DNA from: a virus | Lineage: Duplodnaviria; Caudoviricetes | Strand: one strand, 5' to 3' | DNA length: 34,992 nt | Virus record (IMG/VR): IMGVR_UViG_3300048598_000539 | Coordinates: 1 to 34,992 of that record | Shown here: positions 16,045-23,735 of the stretch, in pieces | How positions within the stretch are numbered: the first letter of the stretch is position 1 | Layout of the letters: each line of letters starts with the position of its first letter | Notes under the pieces: model-generated | What the model saw: the letters and a program-made list of their open reading frames with translations, nothing else | The model's database searches: none | What the model was told of the DNA's origin: nothing | Made by a program: the position numbers and the translations under genes

Positions 16045-17483
16045 GGCTCCGCGAGCTCCGCGCTCAGATCGAGCGCGACGAGTTCGCCAAAGCCCAGGAG
16101 CTCGACGACGCGGCGGCCACCGCGCAAGAGCGCATCGTCAAGCTGCTGGGCAGCCAGGTCGAAGCGTGGAGGCGGAAGGTCGACGCCGACGGCGGACCTA
16201 CCAAGGCCACCCTCGAGAAGACCAAGGCCTTCGCCCCGGATGATGAGCTAGTACGCGAGACCGAGAAGTTCCTCACCCTCTCTTATCTACTCGGCCGCGA
16301 CCACGCCGTCGGGACTCTCAACCTCGCCGACGACGAGATCCCTGCCATCCCTTTCGACGAGGCTATCGCCTTCCTCAAGGCCCGCGTCCCCCTGACGCGC
16401 GCCGAGTGGGCCAGCCTCGAGCCCGAGCTCCGCTTCCGGGCCTTCACTGTTGCGGCTCTCGCTTCGCACGACAACATCGAGGCCGCCCGGCGGATAGGCA
16501 TCAAGGCCCTCGAAGAAGGCAAGGCCCTCTCCGAGTTCTGGACCGAGGCCAGCGCTCTCTCCTCTTCGGGCCTGGGTGATTCACCGTGGTACTGGGAGAC
16601 GGTCTATAGGACCAACGGCCAGACCGCGTACAACGCCGGCCGCGCCGCCGAGTTCGCCCGCGTTCAGCCTGCCTACCTCGAGTTCGTCGGTATCGAGGAT
16701 GGCCGTCAGACCACTATCTGCCAGCAGAGATCTGGAAAGGTTCTTCCCGCCTCGCACTGGTTCTGGAAATCGAACTGGCCGCCGCTTCATTTCAACTGTC
16801 GCTCTACTGTCCGAGCCGTTACGCGAGAAGAGATAGAACTCATGCAGGAGGCCAATCCCAATTGGAGCCCGACGATGGACAACGAGCTCACCCACGAGCT
16901 GCCTCCCGGTGGCTTCGGCGGCAATCCAATTGCTTCCGGCTCATTCTACAAGCTCACGCCGAAGATGATCGCCCGCGCCCAGAAGTACGGCATCCTCGAC
17001 GACATCAAGGCTTTCGGGAAGGTTCTGGGCCTACGCTACGACGCCGTACAGCTCTCGACGGTGGCCAATGAGGCAGGCGTGACATACATCAAGGCGACTG
17101 TCCCTGGCGCAAAGGCAGAACGTATCGCTTTCCGCGAGGCGGCGGAGAAGACCTTGCGGGCGCAGCAGGGGGCCGCCTTCGCCAACGCGGAACTCGGCGA
17201 GGACGTAACCCTGGCCAAGACCGGGATCGAGCATGCGGTCTCGTTCTCCGGTGAGCCGGTGAAGCTCGCAATCCTCGGCCACATACCGGAGATCCTGGCC
17301 TCTGCAGCTGACTTCAAGGCGGAGCCCGAGAACCATGGGAATCCGGACATCTCCGAGATACTGAAGGGGAAGGTCGCAATCGAGATCAACGGGGAGCGTA
17401 ACCTGTTCGCGGTGATCCTCAGGCGGAGGAAGAGCGACGGCAAGCTGTCCTTCTATGACATCCTGCCCTGGGAGCAAAAATAA
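16005..17483 (+). CDS. MuF (gp30) head morphogenesis protein with C-terminal LPD3/BECR-like domain; no start codon of its own
   Basis: Open frame 16005-17483 encodes PFDEAIAFLKAR, RAFTVA, WETVYRTN..TAYNAGR and WPPLHFNCRS. The first ATG/GTG/TTG is at 16842, after the MuF domain. Confidence 0.85.
   Translation, partial: RKKKASSPAEARVRLRELRAQIERDEFAKAQELDDAAATAQERIVKLLGSQVEAWRRKVDADGGPTKATLEKTKAFAPDDELVRETEKFLTLSYLLGRDHAVGTLNLADDEIPAIPFDEAIAFLKARVPLTRAEWASLEPELRFRAFTVAALASHDNIEAARRIGIKALEEGKALSEFWTEASALSSSGLGDSPWYWETVYRTNGQTAYNAGRAAEFARVQPAYLEFVGIEDGRQTTICQQRSGKVLPASHWFWKSNWPPLHFNCRSTVRAVTREEIELMQEANPNWSPTMDNELTHELPPGGFGGNPIASGSFYKLTPKMIARAQKYGILDDIKAFGKVLGLRYDAVQLSTVANEAGVTYIKATVPGAKAERIAFREAAEKTLRAQQGAAFANAELGEDVTLAKTGIEHAVSFSGEPVKLAILGHIPEILASAADFKAEPENHGNPDISEILKGKVAIEINGERNLFAVILRRRKSDGKLSFYDILPWEQK
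16008..16017 (+). other. A9G slippery site (A_AAA_AAG) linking portal to MuF
   Basis: Portal codons GTA AAA AAA AAG; the -1 frame opens right after TGA at 16002-16004. Confidence 0.7.
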
Positions 17484-17541
17484 AGCCGAAGGAGTATTGG
17501 CTGGCCGGCATAACCAATGCCGGAGTCTGCTCTTTCGGCTT
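17483..17541 (+). other. Long structured hairpin directly after the MuF stop
   Basis: 14-bp stem AAGCCGAAGGAGTA/TGCTCTTTCGGCTT (two G-U pairs) enclosing CCGGCAT-AACCA-ATGCCGG. Confidence 0.65.
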
Positions 17542-17579
17542 AAGATGCATGAGCGGTTCGCGCTCCGTACCTAGATAGA

Positions 17580-17608
17580 AATATCGGTCAATCGAGCATA
17601 ATCGTCAA
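17580..17608 (-). promoter_or_regulatory. Candidate antisense promoter TTGACG-17-GATATT pointing back to the MuF 3' end
   Basis: -35 at 17608-17603, -10 at 17585-17580. Confidence 0.45.
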
Positions 17609-17687
17609 GACCTTTCAGCAATGGACGCAGATGCGTCCTCGCGGGCTATGTTTAGGGGCGCAACTACACACTAAAAAAGCGTTCGAT

Positions 17688-17716
17688 TTGCGTTCGAAAG
17701 GGAAACGTGGTACGCT
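17688..17716 (+). promoter_or_regulatory. Sigma70-type promoter TTGCGT-17-TACGCT with extended TGn
   Basis: Upstream of the 17783 gene; overlapped by a GCGTTCGA direct repeat (17679, 17690). Confidence 0.55.
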
Positions 17717-17782
17717 GTGGGTTGTCTTGATCCAGGAGCGCCCTGGCGCGTTTCTTGGAAATGAGAATTCCGAGGGAGCGGC

Positions 17783-18523
17783 ATGACCAAATCGTACAGC
17801 GCGAACGAGCTCGCGAAGCTTGCAAACGTGAGCGTACGGGCTATCTATCAGTGGATCAACGCTTGTCCGGAACTACGAGAGAAGCTTGGAGAGCTTAACG
17901 ATGGCGGAAGGTTCTCTCTCGCTGATGCTCAGCGCATACTAAGGGTTCACGGCCGCTCAGAGCTTGCCACCCTCATCGGCGAGCTCGCTCTCGCGCAAGA
18001 GTTCTTACCATCCATCCCGGAGCCCGAGTTCATGGGAGAAGTCGTGCTTGAGACGCCTCCTCATCGCGGCAGGCAGAAGAAAGACCGGATACCGACATGG
18101 GTTTCCATTGAGTATCTCGCTGGTGGAACTGAGAACAGCGAGAGGCTCAGAGTAGCATTGTATAGAGCTAATGCGGAAATCGAGATGATCCGCGATGTCG
18201 CCTATGTCGCACTTGAGAATCTGCCGGAGGACATCCTCGCTCCCTTTGTAGCTCGACTGAAATGTGGGAGCGACGAACTTGAAGCCTTCCGTGCTTCCCT
18301 GGCGAATAAAGAGGGCGAACTCTGGATCAGTGGGAAAGCTATAGCCGCGGCCCTCGGCTGGACCAGCAGCCTCGTCGCAACGCGTGGCTGGCGCACCCCC
18401 TGGACCTCTCGCCCGCACCAAAGCAAGAACGGCCGCCCCGAAGGCCTCGAGTATGAACTCTCGAGCCTGCCTGAAGAACTCCGCATCCCCATCCTTCGCT
18501 ATCTCAAGGCTAAAGCCGCATAG
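17783..18523 (+). CDS. DNA-binding protein: N-terminal HTH + C-terminal Mu repressor/transposase I-alpha-like domain
   Basis: YSANELAKLANVSVRAIYQWI; LWISGKAIAAALG...W..R...GRPEGLEYELSSLPEELR. Confidence 0.68.
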   Translation: MTKSYSANELAKLANVSVRAIYQWINACPELREKLGELNDGGRFSLADAQRILRVHGRSELATLIGELALAQEFLPSIPEPEFMGEVVLETPPHRGRQKKDRIPTWVSIEYLAGGTENSERLRVALYRANAEIEMIRDVAYVALENLPEDILAPFVARLKCGSDELEAFRASLANKEGELWISGKAIAAALGWTSSLVATRGWRTPWTSRPHQSKNGRPEGLEYELSSLPEELRIPILRYLKAKAA

Positions 18524-18528
18524 AGTAC

Positions 18529-18569
18529 CCGGCCAGATTCGAGCGACCTGGCTTCTTGCCCTCTATGCT
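18529..18569 (+). promoter_or_regulatory. Late-type promoter 3, probably giving a leaderless mRNA
   Basis: 13/17 match to the late motif, then 18 nt, then TATGCT; ATG 6 nt later with no SD. Confidence 0.6.
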
Positions 18570-18575
18570 CCTCTC

Positions 18576-19130
18576 ATGAGCGAGAAGCCGATCTTGTTCT
18601 CTGGCCCTATGATTCGTGCGATTCTCGAAGGCCGCAAGACCATGACGCGGCGGGTGATTGTACCCCAACCAACAGCATTTAGGTTCGGCCGACCTGTGAA
18701 AGGCGACGGCGAGTCGGTGAGGGAACTGAAGTGCCCCTACGGCCAGCCCGGTGACCGGCTCTGGGTGCGGGAGACGTGGAGTCGAGATCCCTCTGGCGAT
18801 TCAGTATTCTATCGAGCCGGGAGTCCCGGATACGCTGGTTCGTGGATTACTGGTACACCAGTAGATGCTTGGCGCCCATCGATCTTCATGCCACGCGCTC
18901 TCTCCCGCATCCTCCTGGAGATGACCGCCGTCCGCGTCGAGCGCGTCCAGGACATAAGCGAGGAGGATGCCAAGGCCGAAGGTTCGCCATGGGAAGATTG
19001 CTGGATGTCGTATCGGCAATCATTCGAGGCCCTATGGAACTCCATCAACGCCTCCCGGGGCTACGGCTGGGACGCGAATCCCTGGGTGCGGGCTATCGAG
19101 TTCAAGGTCCTTGCTGCTAATTCAAAATAG
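18576..19130 (+). CDS. Phage ASCH-like domain protein
   Basis: MSEKPILFSGPMIRAILEGRKTMTRR, CPYGQPGDRLWVRETW, WRPSIFMPR..SRILLE, WDANPWV. Confidence 0.8.
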   Translation: MSEKPILFSGPMIRAILEGRKTMTRRVIVPQPTAFRFGRPVKGDGESVRELKCPYGQPGDRLWVRETWSRDPSGDSVFYRAGSPGYAGSWITGTPVDAWRPSIFMPRALSRILLEMTAVRVERVQDISEEDAKAEGSPWEDCWMSYRQSFEALWNSINASRGYGWDANPWVRAIEFKVLAANSK

Positions 19131-19890
19131 ACAGATTGCTGTAATTCTGCTTCGCGATCGCTGTCTCATCTAGTCTGCAGTTCGCCATCTCCCAGTATTC
19201 TCTTTCTGCCTCGAATCCCAAGTAATGCCGCCCCGTCCTCTTCGCCGCCACCGCCGTCGTCCCCGACCCCATGAATGGATCGAAGACGATCTCCCCTGGA
19301 TTTGAATAGCTCAAGACCAAGTACTCGAAGAGCGCGAGCGGCTTCTGCGTCGGGTGGCGCCCTGGCCCCGCGCCCTCCTTGTCGATCGGCAGCAGGCTCG
19401 TGGGATACCGCAGGTTCGACGCATGCACGATCGACTTGTAGTTCGCGTAGACGCCTGGCTTGCAGGCCCCGCCTGACCGGCTCTCTCGGAACTCTCCAGG
19501 GACCATCTGCGGGTTGTACGTCGGGAGCTTGCGGTAGAACACGAGCACGAGCTCGTGCTGCCTGAGCGGCATCCTCTTCGCGTTCAGGTACCCGACCGGG
19601 TTCGACTTCGCCCACACGAGGTCGTAGCGGAAATACTTCCGGTTGGCGTTGATGACCTCCGTCGCGAAGGGCTGCGTCGCCGTCACTACCGCGGCGCCGT
19701 TGTCCTTGAGCACGCGGTTGAACTCCTGCCACATGAAGTCGAGCTTGGGCTTGATGTCCCAGGCGCAGTCGGTCACCCCGTACGGTGGATCCGTAAGAAG
19801 CAAGTCGATCGACCCGGTGGGGATGTGGAGTATCTCCTCCTCGTAGCGCCCGAGCGTGATGGTGTCGATATCCGTCCTAGTTTTTGTCAT
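19117..19890 (-). CDS. Orphan N6-adenine/N4-cytosine DNA methyltransferase (beta class)
   Basis: TDPPY, HPTQKP and DPFMGSGTT in beta order; alternative GTG start at 19899. Confidence 0.92.
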   Translation of the reverse strand: MTKTRTDIDTITLGRYEEEILHIPTGSIDLLLTDPPYGVTDCAWDIKPKLDFMWQEFNRVLKDNGAAVVTATQPFATEVINANRKYFRYDLVWAKSNPVGYLNAKRMPLRQHELVLVFYRKLPTYNPQMVPGEFRESRSGGACKPGVYANYKSIVHASNLRYPTSLLPIDKEGAGPGRHPTQKPLALFEYLVLSYSNPGEIVFDPFMGSGTTAVAAKRTGRHYLGFEAEREYWEMANCRLDETAIAKQNYSNLSILN

Positions 19891-19991
19891 GGGCTGCACC
19901 CTAGCTCTGCGATTTTCCTATGTAAAGCACTCTTCGGAAAAAAGTTCGGTCGAAGATCGCCTATATCGAAAGAATTGCCCCCCAACCTAAG

Positions 19992-20032
19992 TCCGCTACA
20001 TTCGAGCGTTGTTGCCGCCTCGGCCGTAGTCT
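19992..20032 (+). promoter_or_regulatory. Activator-dependent late promoter 2 (capsid/tail operon)
   Basis: TCCGCTACATTCGAGCG, then 18 nt, then TAGTCT. Confidence 0.72.
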
Positions 20033-20041
20033 GTGGCCATC

Positions 20042-21082
20042 ATGAAGAAGCTGAAGCTGGAGCTGGCTCACGTAGGCATGTTCGGGCAGGACGGCACCGT
20101 CGTTACCGAGCAGGATCTCGCCGAGGTAGCCGAGACCTTCGATGGCAAGGGACCAGTCAGTCTGGGCCACAAGCTCGCTGACTGGATGCCCAAGTTCGGC
20201 GATGTCAGGAAGGTCGAGCTATCCGAGGACGGGACTAGTCTGTCCGGCGAGCTCGAGATCAAGGATGTCCTCGCCGATGCGGTCGAGGAAAAGTGGTACG
20301 AGGATATCTCGGTGGGGCTCCCCCGCCGGGCCTCCGACGGAAAGCGCTATCTCCACCACATCGCTTTCCTCGGCGCCGTGCCCCCGAAGATCCGCGATCT
20401 CAAGGTGTTCGCCGACCTCGGCGTGGTCTACTGCGGCGACGATAGCGCCGTGCCCATGTTCTCGGATGAGCAGCCCGCCCAGGCCGCGCCCCCCGCGGCC
20501 CCGGACGACGTGGCCCAGGCGCTCCAGCGTCTCGCGGACAAGGGACGCTCGGCCTGGCCATTCCGAGATGTCACGGACGCCCTGGACAGCCTGGTGACTG
20601 CGGCCACCGAGATGCTCTTAGGCGGCGCCAAGATCCCCGACAGTCTCCGCGACCAGGTCCAGAACTTCGCCGACCAGCTCGGCAAGCAAGCCGGTAAAGC
20701 CGGCGAGGAGGAAGACGTGGATAGCAAGCAGGAGCTCGAGACGGCCAAGGCTGACCTCGAGAAGAAGGACAAGGAGCTCGCCGACCTGAAGGCGACGAAC
20801 CTGACCTCCGCCAAGGAGGGGATCAAGACGGCCATGAAGGGCCGCGTCCCCGTGTCGAAGCAGGGCCTCGTGCTCGAGCTCGCCGACCGGCTGGCCGAGT
20901 CCGGGGCCATCGAACTCGCCGACGAGACGGACCCCACCAAGAAGGAGAAGGTCTCCAGCCTCGAGACCCTCCGGCGGGTCCTCGAGTCCATCCCGCTCCC
21001 GGTCAATCCGGGGCGCGCGGATCTCGGCGACGGCGAGACCAACAAGCCCCTCGATCTCTCGAAGATCCACGGCAAGTTCTAA
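20042..21082 (+). CDS. Prohead protease/scaffold (Mu gpI-like)
   Basis: PVSLGH, YEDISVGL, YLHHIAFLGAVPPKIRDL; charged helical C-terminal half; precedes the capsid genes. Confidence 0.82.
   Translation: MKKLKLELAHVGMFGQDGTVVTEQDLAEVAETFDGKGPVSLGHKLADWMPKFGDVRKVELSEDGTSLSGELEIKDVLADAVEEKWYEDISVGLPRRASDGKRYLHHIAFLGAVPPKIRDLKVFADLGVVYCGDDSAVPMFSDEQPAQAAPPAAPDDVAQALQRLADKGRSAWPFRDVTDALDSLVTAATEMLLGGAKIPDSLRDQVQNFADQLGKQAGKAGEEEDVDSKQELETAKADLEKKDKELADLKATNLTSAKEGIKTAMKGRVPVSKQGLVLELADRLAESGAIELADETDPTKKEKVSSLETLRRVLESIPLPVNPGRADLGDGETNKPLDLSKIHGKF
20717..21082 (+). CDS. Putative internal scaffold protein (Mu gpZ analogue)
   Basis: In-frame GTG preceded by GAGGAGG. Confidence 0.5.
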   Translation: MDSKQELETAKADLEKKDKELADLKATNLTSAKEGIKTAMKGRVPVSKQGLVLELADRLAESGAIELADETDPTKKEKVSSLETLRRVLESIPLPVNPGRADLGDGETNKPLDLSKIHGKF

Positions 21083-21092
21083 GGAGGCCGAG

Positions 21093-21674
21093 ATGAAGGC
21101 GAACATCGGTAAGCAAACTCTCACCCCGTCCCGCGTGCTCTCGACGCAGCATCCCCCCATCACGGGCTCGATGAGCGTCAAGGAAGACAACGGCGTCATC
21201 GCCGACGGCCAGATCGTCGCGAAGGACGCCGACGGCGAGGTGGTCCCGCACGCGATCGTCGAAAACGTCGCGATGGCCGGCACCATCGACGGGGCCAACA
21301 AGGCTTTCACGGCTACCATAGGCCCCTGTCTCCGCGGATCCATCGCCATCGCCAACAACAACGCTTCGGCCCAGGCCTTGGCGGACGACGGAAACGGGAA
21401 CCTGGTCGGCGCCGGCTCGGGCACGGTCAACTACAAGACCGGCGCGATCTCGGCGGCCTTCACCACCGCCCCTGCGGCCGGCAAGACGGTGCTCCTCGGA
21501 TACAGGACCCAGCCCGTCGGCGTCAACCTCCAGGAGTGCGATACGTCCGAGGACGACACGGCGCTCGTCGTCAGGCATGGAGCGGTCAATCGCGACCTGC
21601 TTCTCACGGGCGCCGTGGCGGCGGACGCCGTCGACGTCGCGGCCCTCGAGGCCATCGGCACCTTCGCGGTCTAA
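21093..21674 (+). CDS. Head decoration protein with inserted beta-rich domain
   Basis: Between protease and capsid; GQIVA...PVGV...ALVVRHGAVNRDLL pattern. Confidence 0.65.
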   Translation: MKANIGKQTLTPSRVLSTQHPPITGSMSVKEDNGVIADGQIVAKDADGEVVPHAIVENVAMAGTIDGANKAFTATIGPCLRGSIAIANNNASAQALADDGNGNLVGAGSGTVNYKTGAISAAFTTAPAAGKTVLLGYRTQPVGVNLQECDTSEDDTALVVRHGAVNRDLLLTGAVAADAVDVAALEAIGTFAV

Positions 21675-21709
21675 GGCCGCGCGTCAAGCAAGGATAAAAG
21701 GAGCAAGGA

Positions 21710-22702
21710 ATGCCCATCGAACTCAATCTCCGTCGCTACTTCACGCCGCAGGCCATCGTCGACACTCTCGGGCGGCTGCCCGACATGAGGACGCCGATCA
21801 TGGACCTGCTCTTCTCCACCACGCGGAACATTCCGCGACCGGTGGTCGGCGTCCGAGACTTCGGCTTCGTGCCGATCAACCAGCCGGTCGTCCGTCGCGG
21901 CTCGGGTTCGCAGCCGATCACCGGAGCCTCCGGGTCCGTCGACTACATCGAGCCCCAGCCGGTGAATCCCTCGGAATTCATCTCCGGGGCCGATCTCAAC
22001 AACCTGCGCTCCGCGAACGAGAGCTCGCTGCAGCAGGAGATCGACAACATCATCGATTCGCTGCGCCGGGCCTGCCGCGCCACCGCGGAAGCGCTCGCAG
22101 TCCAGTCCCTCACGGGTAAGATCAACTACTGGATGCGCGCGGCGGGCGGCGCCTTCGAGCCCTACGAGGTCGACTTCGGGACCATAGGGAACGCCTCGAC
22201 CGCGGTGACCAAGAAGTTCGACGCGGCGGACGTCAAGCTCTCCGACGTCGTCAAGACGGTCTCGGGGATCCTCGAGGTCCTGAAGAAACGCAAGGTAGAC
22301 GGCAACGACGTCGCCCTCTTCGCCGGTTTCGACGTATTCGCCGCCCTCCTGGACATCGCGGGAGCCCAGAGCAATTCGGCCATCGTCCAGGCCAGCGCGA
22401 GCGGCATCGTCATCGGCGGCGGCCTCACGGTCCAGCTCTTGGGGTCCTCGTACACCAACCTCGCCTCCGGCGCGGCGGTCCCGGTGGTTCCGGCGAAGCA
22501 TCTCCTCGTGGTGGACCGCCAGGCCGGCCACAAGATGATCTACGCCGGCCTCGACTCCGTTCCCGCGGACGGCCAGGCTCTGCCCTTCTACGCCGACTAC
22601 GAGGAGACCAAGGACCCCTCCGGCGTGAAGATCATCGGCGAGTCCAAGCCGCTGCCGGTCGTCAACGTCCAGGGCATCGTCAAGGCCCAGGTCCTCACCT
22701 GA
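21710..22702 (+). CDS. Major capsid protein (lambda gpE family)
   Basis: 330 aa; PVVRRGS, EALAVQSLTGKI, VDFG, DPSG..IIGESKPLPV. Confidence 0.85.
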   Translation: MPIELNLRRYFTPQAIVDTLGRLPDMRTPIMDLLFSTTRNIPRPVVGVRDFGFVPINQPVVRRGSGSQPITGASGSVDYIEPQPVNPSEFISGADLNNLRSANESSLQQEIDNIIDSLRRACRATAEALAVQSLTGKINYWMRAAGGAFEPYEVDFGTIGNASTAVTKKFDAADVKLSDVVKTVSGILEVLKKRKVDGNDVALFAGFDVFAALLDIAGAQSNSAIVQASASGIVIGGGLTVQLLGSSYTNLASGAAVPVVPAKHLLVVDRQAGHKMIYAGLDSVPADGQALPFYADYEETKDPSGVKIIGESKPLPVVNVQGIVKAQVLT

Positions 22703-22736
22703 TAAATATTCCCGCATAGCGGGGATTTAAAAAACA

Positions 22737-22773
22737 GCCCGCGCGGAGAGCCAGACTCCGCGCGGGTTTCTTC
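22737..22773 (+). terminator. Intrinsic terminator after the capsid gene
   Basis: GCCCGCGCGGAG-7-CTCCGCGCGGGT, then TTCTTC. Confidence 0.65.
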
Positions 22774-22796
22774 AACAACCTGGAAAGGAGATTCCT

Positions 22797-23264
22797 GTGA
22801 AGAAATTCTACGTCCTTGTCTTCCTGGTCGCCCTGGTCTTCAGCCTCCCGCTGGCTCTCGTCGGGGAGCCCATGCATCCCAAGGTCTTCGACGCCATGGT
22901 GCTTTCGTACCCGTCGATCGACCAGCAGCTCGCTGTCGGCCTCCCCGTGGCCGCCCAGCCCAAGATCTACGAGGGCGCGGCCTACCCGACGCCCACCATC
23001 ATCTCGGGTTCGCTGTCGATCGAGGCCCCCGCCATAGAGGGGCAGATCGTCGCCCTCGATCAGAAGATCAGCGCCGGCATCAACTCGGTCTCGAGTACTA
23101 CGTCCGCCTTAGGGCTGCTCGGACTCCTGAATACCGCCGGGGATAGTGCTGCTCCTCGGTGTGCTCATCGCGAGAACCAAGGTGCTGAAGGCCCTCGGCC
23201 TGTCCAAGCTCGCGGAACCCTCGGGCGGCGGCGCCGCCTCGGGCAAGTAGCTCCGGGCGTATAG
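22797..23264 (+). CDS. Exported protein, apparently frameshifted at ~23130 (repaired end 23250)
   Basis: SD AAGGAG and a signal peptide; the +1 frame from 23131 continues a TM helix (IPPGIVLLLGVLIARTK). Confidence 0.6.
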   Translation: MKKFYVLVFLVALVFSLPLALVGEPMHPKVFDAMVLSYPSIDQQLAVGLPVAAQPKIYEGAAYPTPTIISGSLSIEAPAIEGQIVALDQKISAGINSVSSTTSALGLLGLLNTAGDSAAPRCAHRENQGAEGPRPVQARGTLGRRRRLGQVAPGV

Positions 23265-23276
23265 GGGAAGGGCACG

Positions 23277-23735
23277 ATGCGCAATACCGATTTCGACGAC
23301 CTTCTCGGCCCGCGTGACTCCGCGGCCGTGACGGAGCAGCTGTCAGTCCCTCGGGAGACGAAAGGCACTCCGATAGCCGCCGCCGAAGTCGCTGCCCGCC
23401 TCGCGCCCTCCCTATACGCCCAGCTCGCCGACGGCGACGAGTCCACGGTGACCCGCGCCGCCGAGCGGGCGACCACCCAGGTAAGCATCATCGCGGCCAG
23501 GCTCGGCCGCGTGCTCGATCTCAACGACCAGGCCATGCGGGAGATCGTCCTCCTCATGACCATCTACGAGCTCCACATGGCCCTCGGCCACGAGGAGGCC
23601 GGTCGCGAGTACCGGATCAGGGCCAAGGACCTCATCGTGGCAGCTTTCGGCGACTACCCCGAAGCCGGATCGAGCCAGGAAGCCAAGATCCCGGCCGGCG
23701 CCGTGAAGCAGGCTCACAGGAGACCGTATCCATGA
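23277..23735 (+). CDS. Head-tail adaptor (Mu gp36/DUF1320-like)
   Basis: Size, synteny and helical pattern (YAQLADGD...AAERA...IYEL). Confidence 0.6.
   Translation: MRNTDFDDLLGPRDSAAVTEQLSVPRETKGTPIAAAEVAARLAPSLYAQLADGDESTVTRAAERATTQVSIIAARLGRVLDLNDQAMREIVLLMTIYELHMALGHEEAGREYRIRAKDLIVAAFGDYPEAGSSQEAKIPAGAVKQAHRRPYP

Noticed and set aside
16842-17483. Independent 213-aa gene starting at ATG 16842
   Set aside because: In frame with, and continuous from, the MuF domain; no clear SD. An internal start cannot be fully excluded.
17681-17695. GTTC-N7-GTTC, matching the alphaproteobacterial LexA box
   Set aside because: Single occurrence and no evidence that the host is an alphaproteobacterium.
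11039-18575. Listed upstream starts at 11039, 11994 and 18384
   Set aside because: They overlap real genes; SD, coupling and family N-termini indicate 11198, 12426 and 18576.
19947-19960. Minus-strand partial copy of the late motif upstream of the methyltransferase
   Set aside because: Only 10/14 match and no -10 box at the conserved 18-nt distance.
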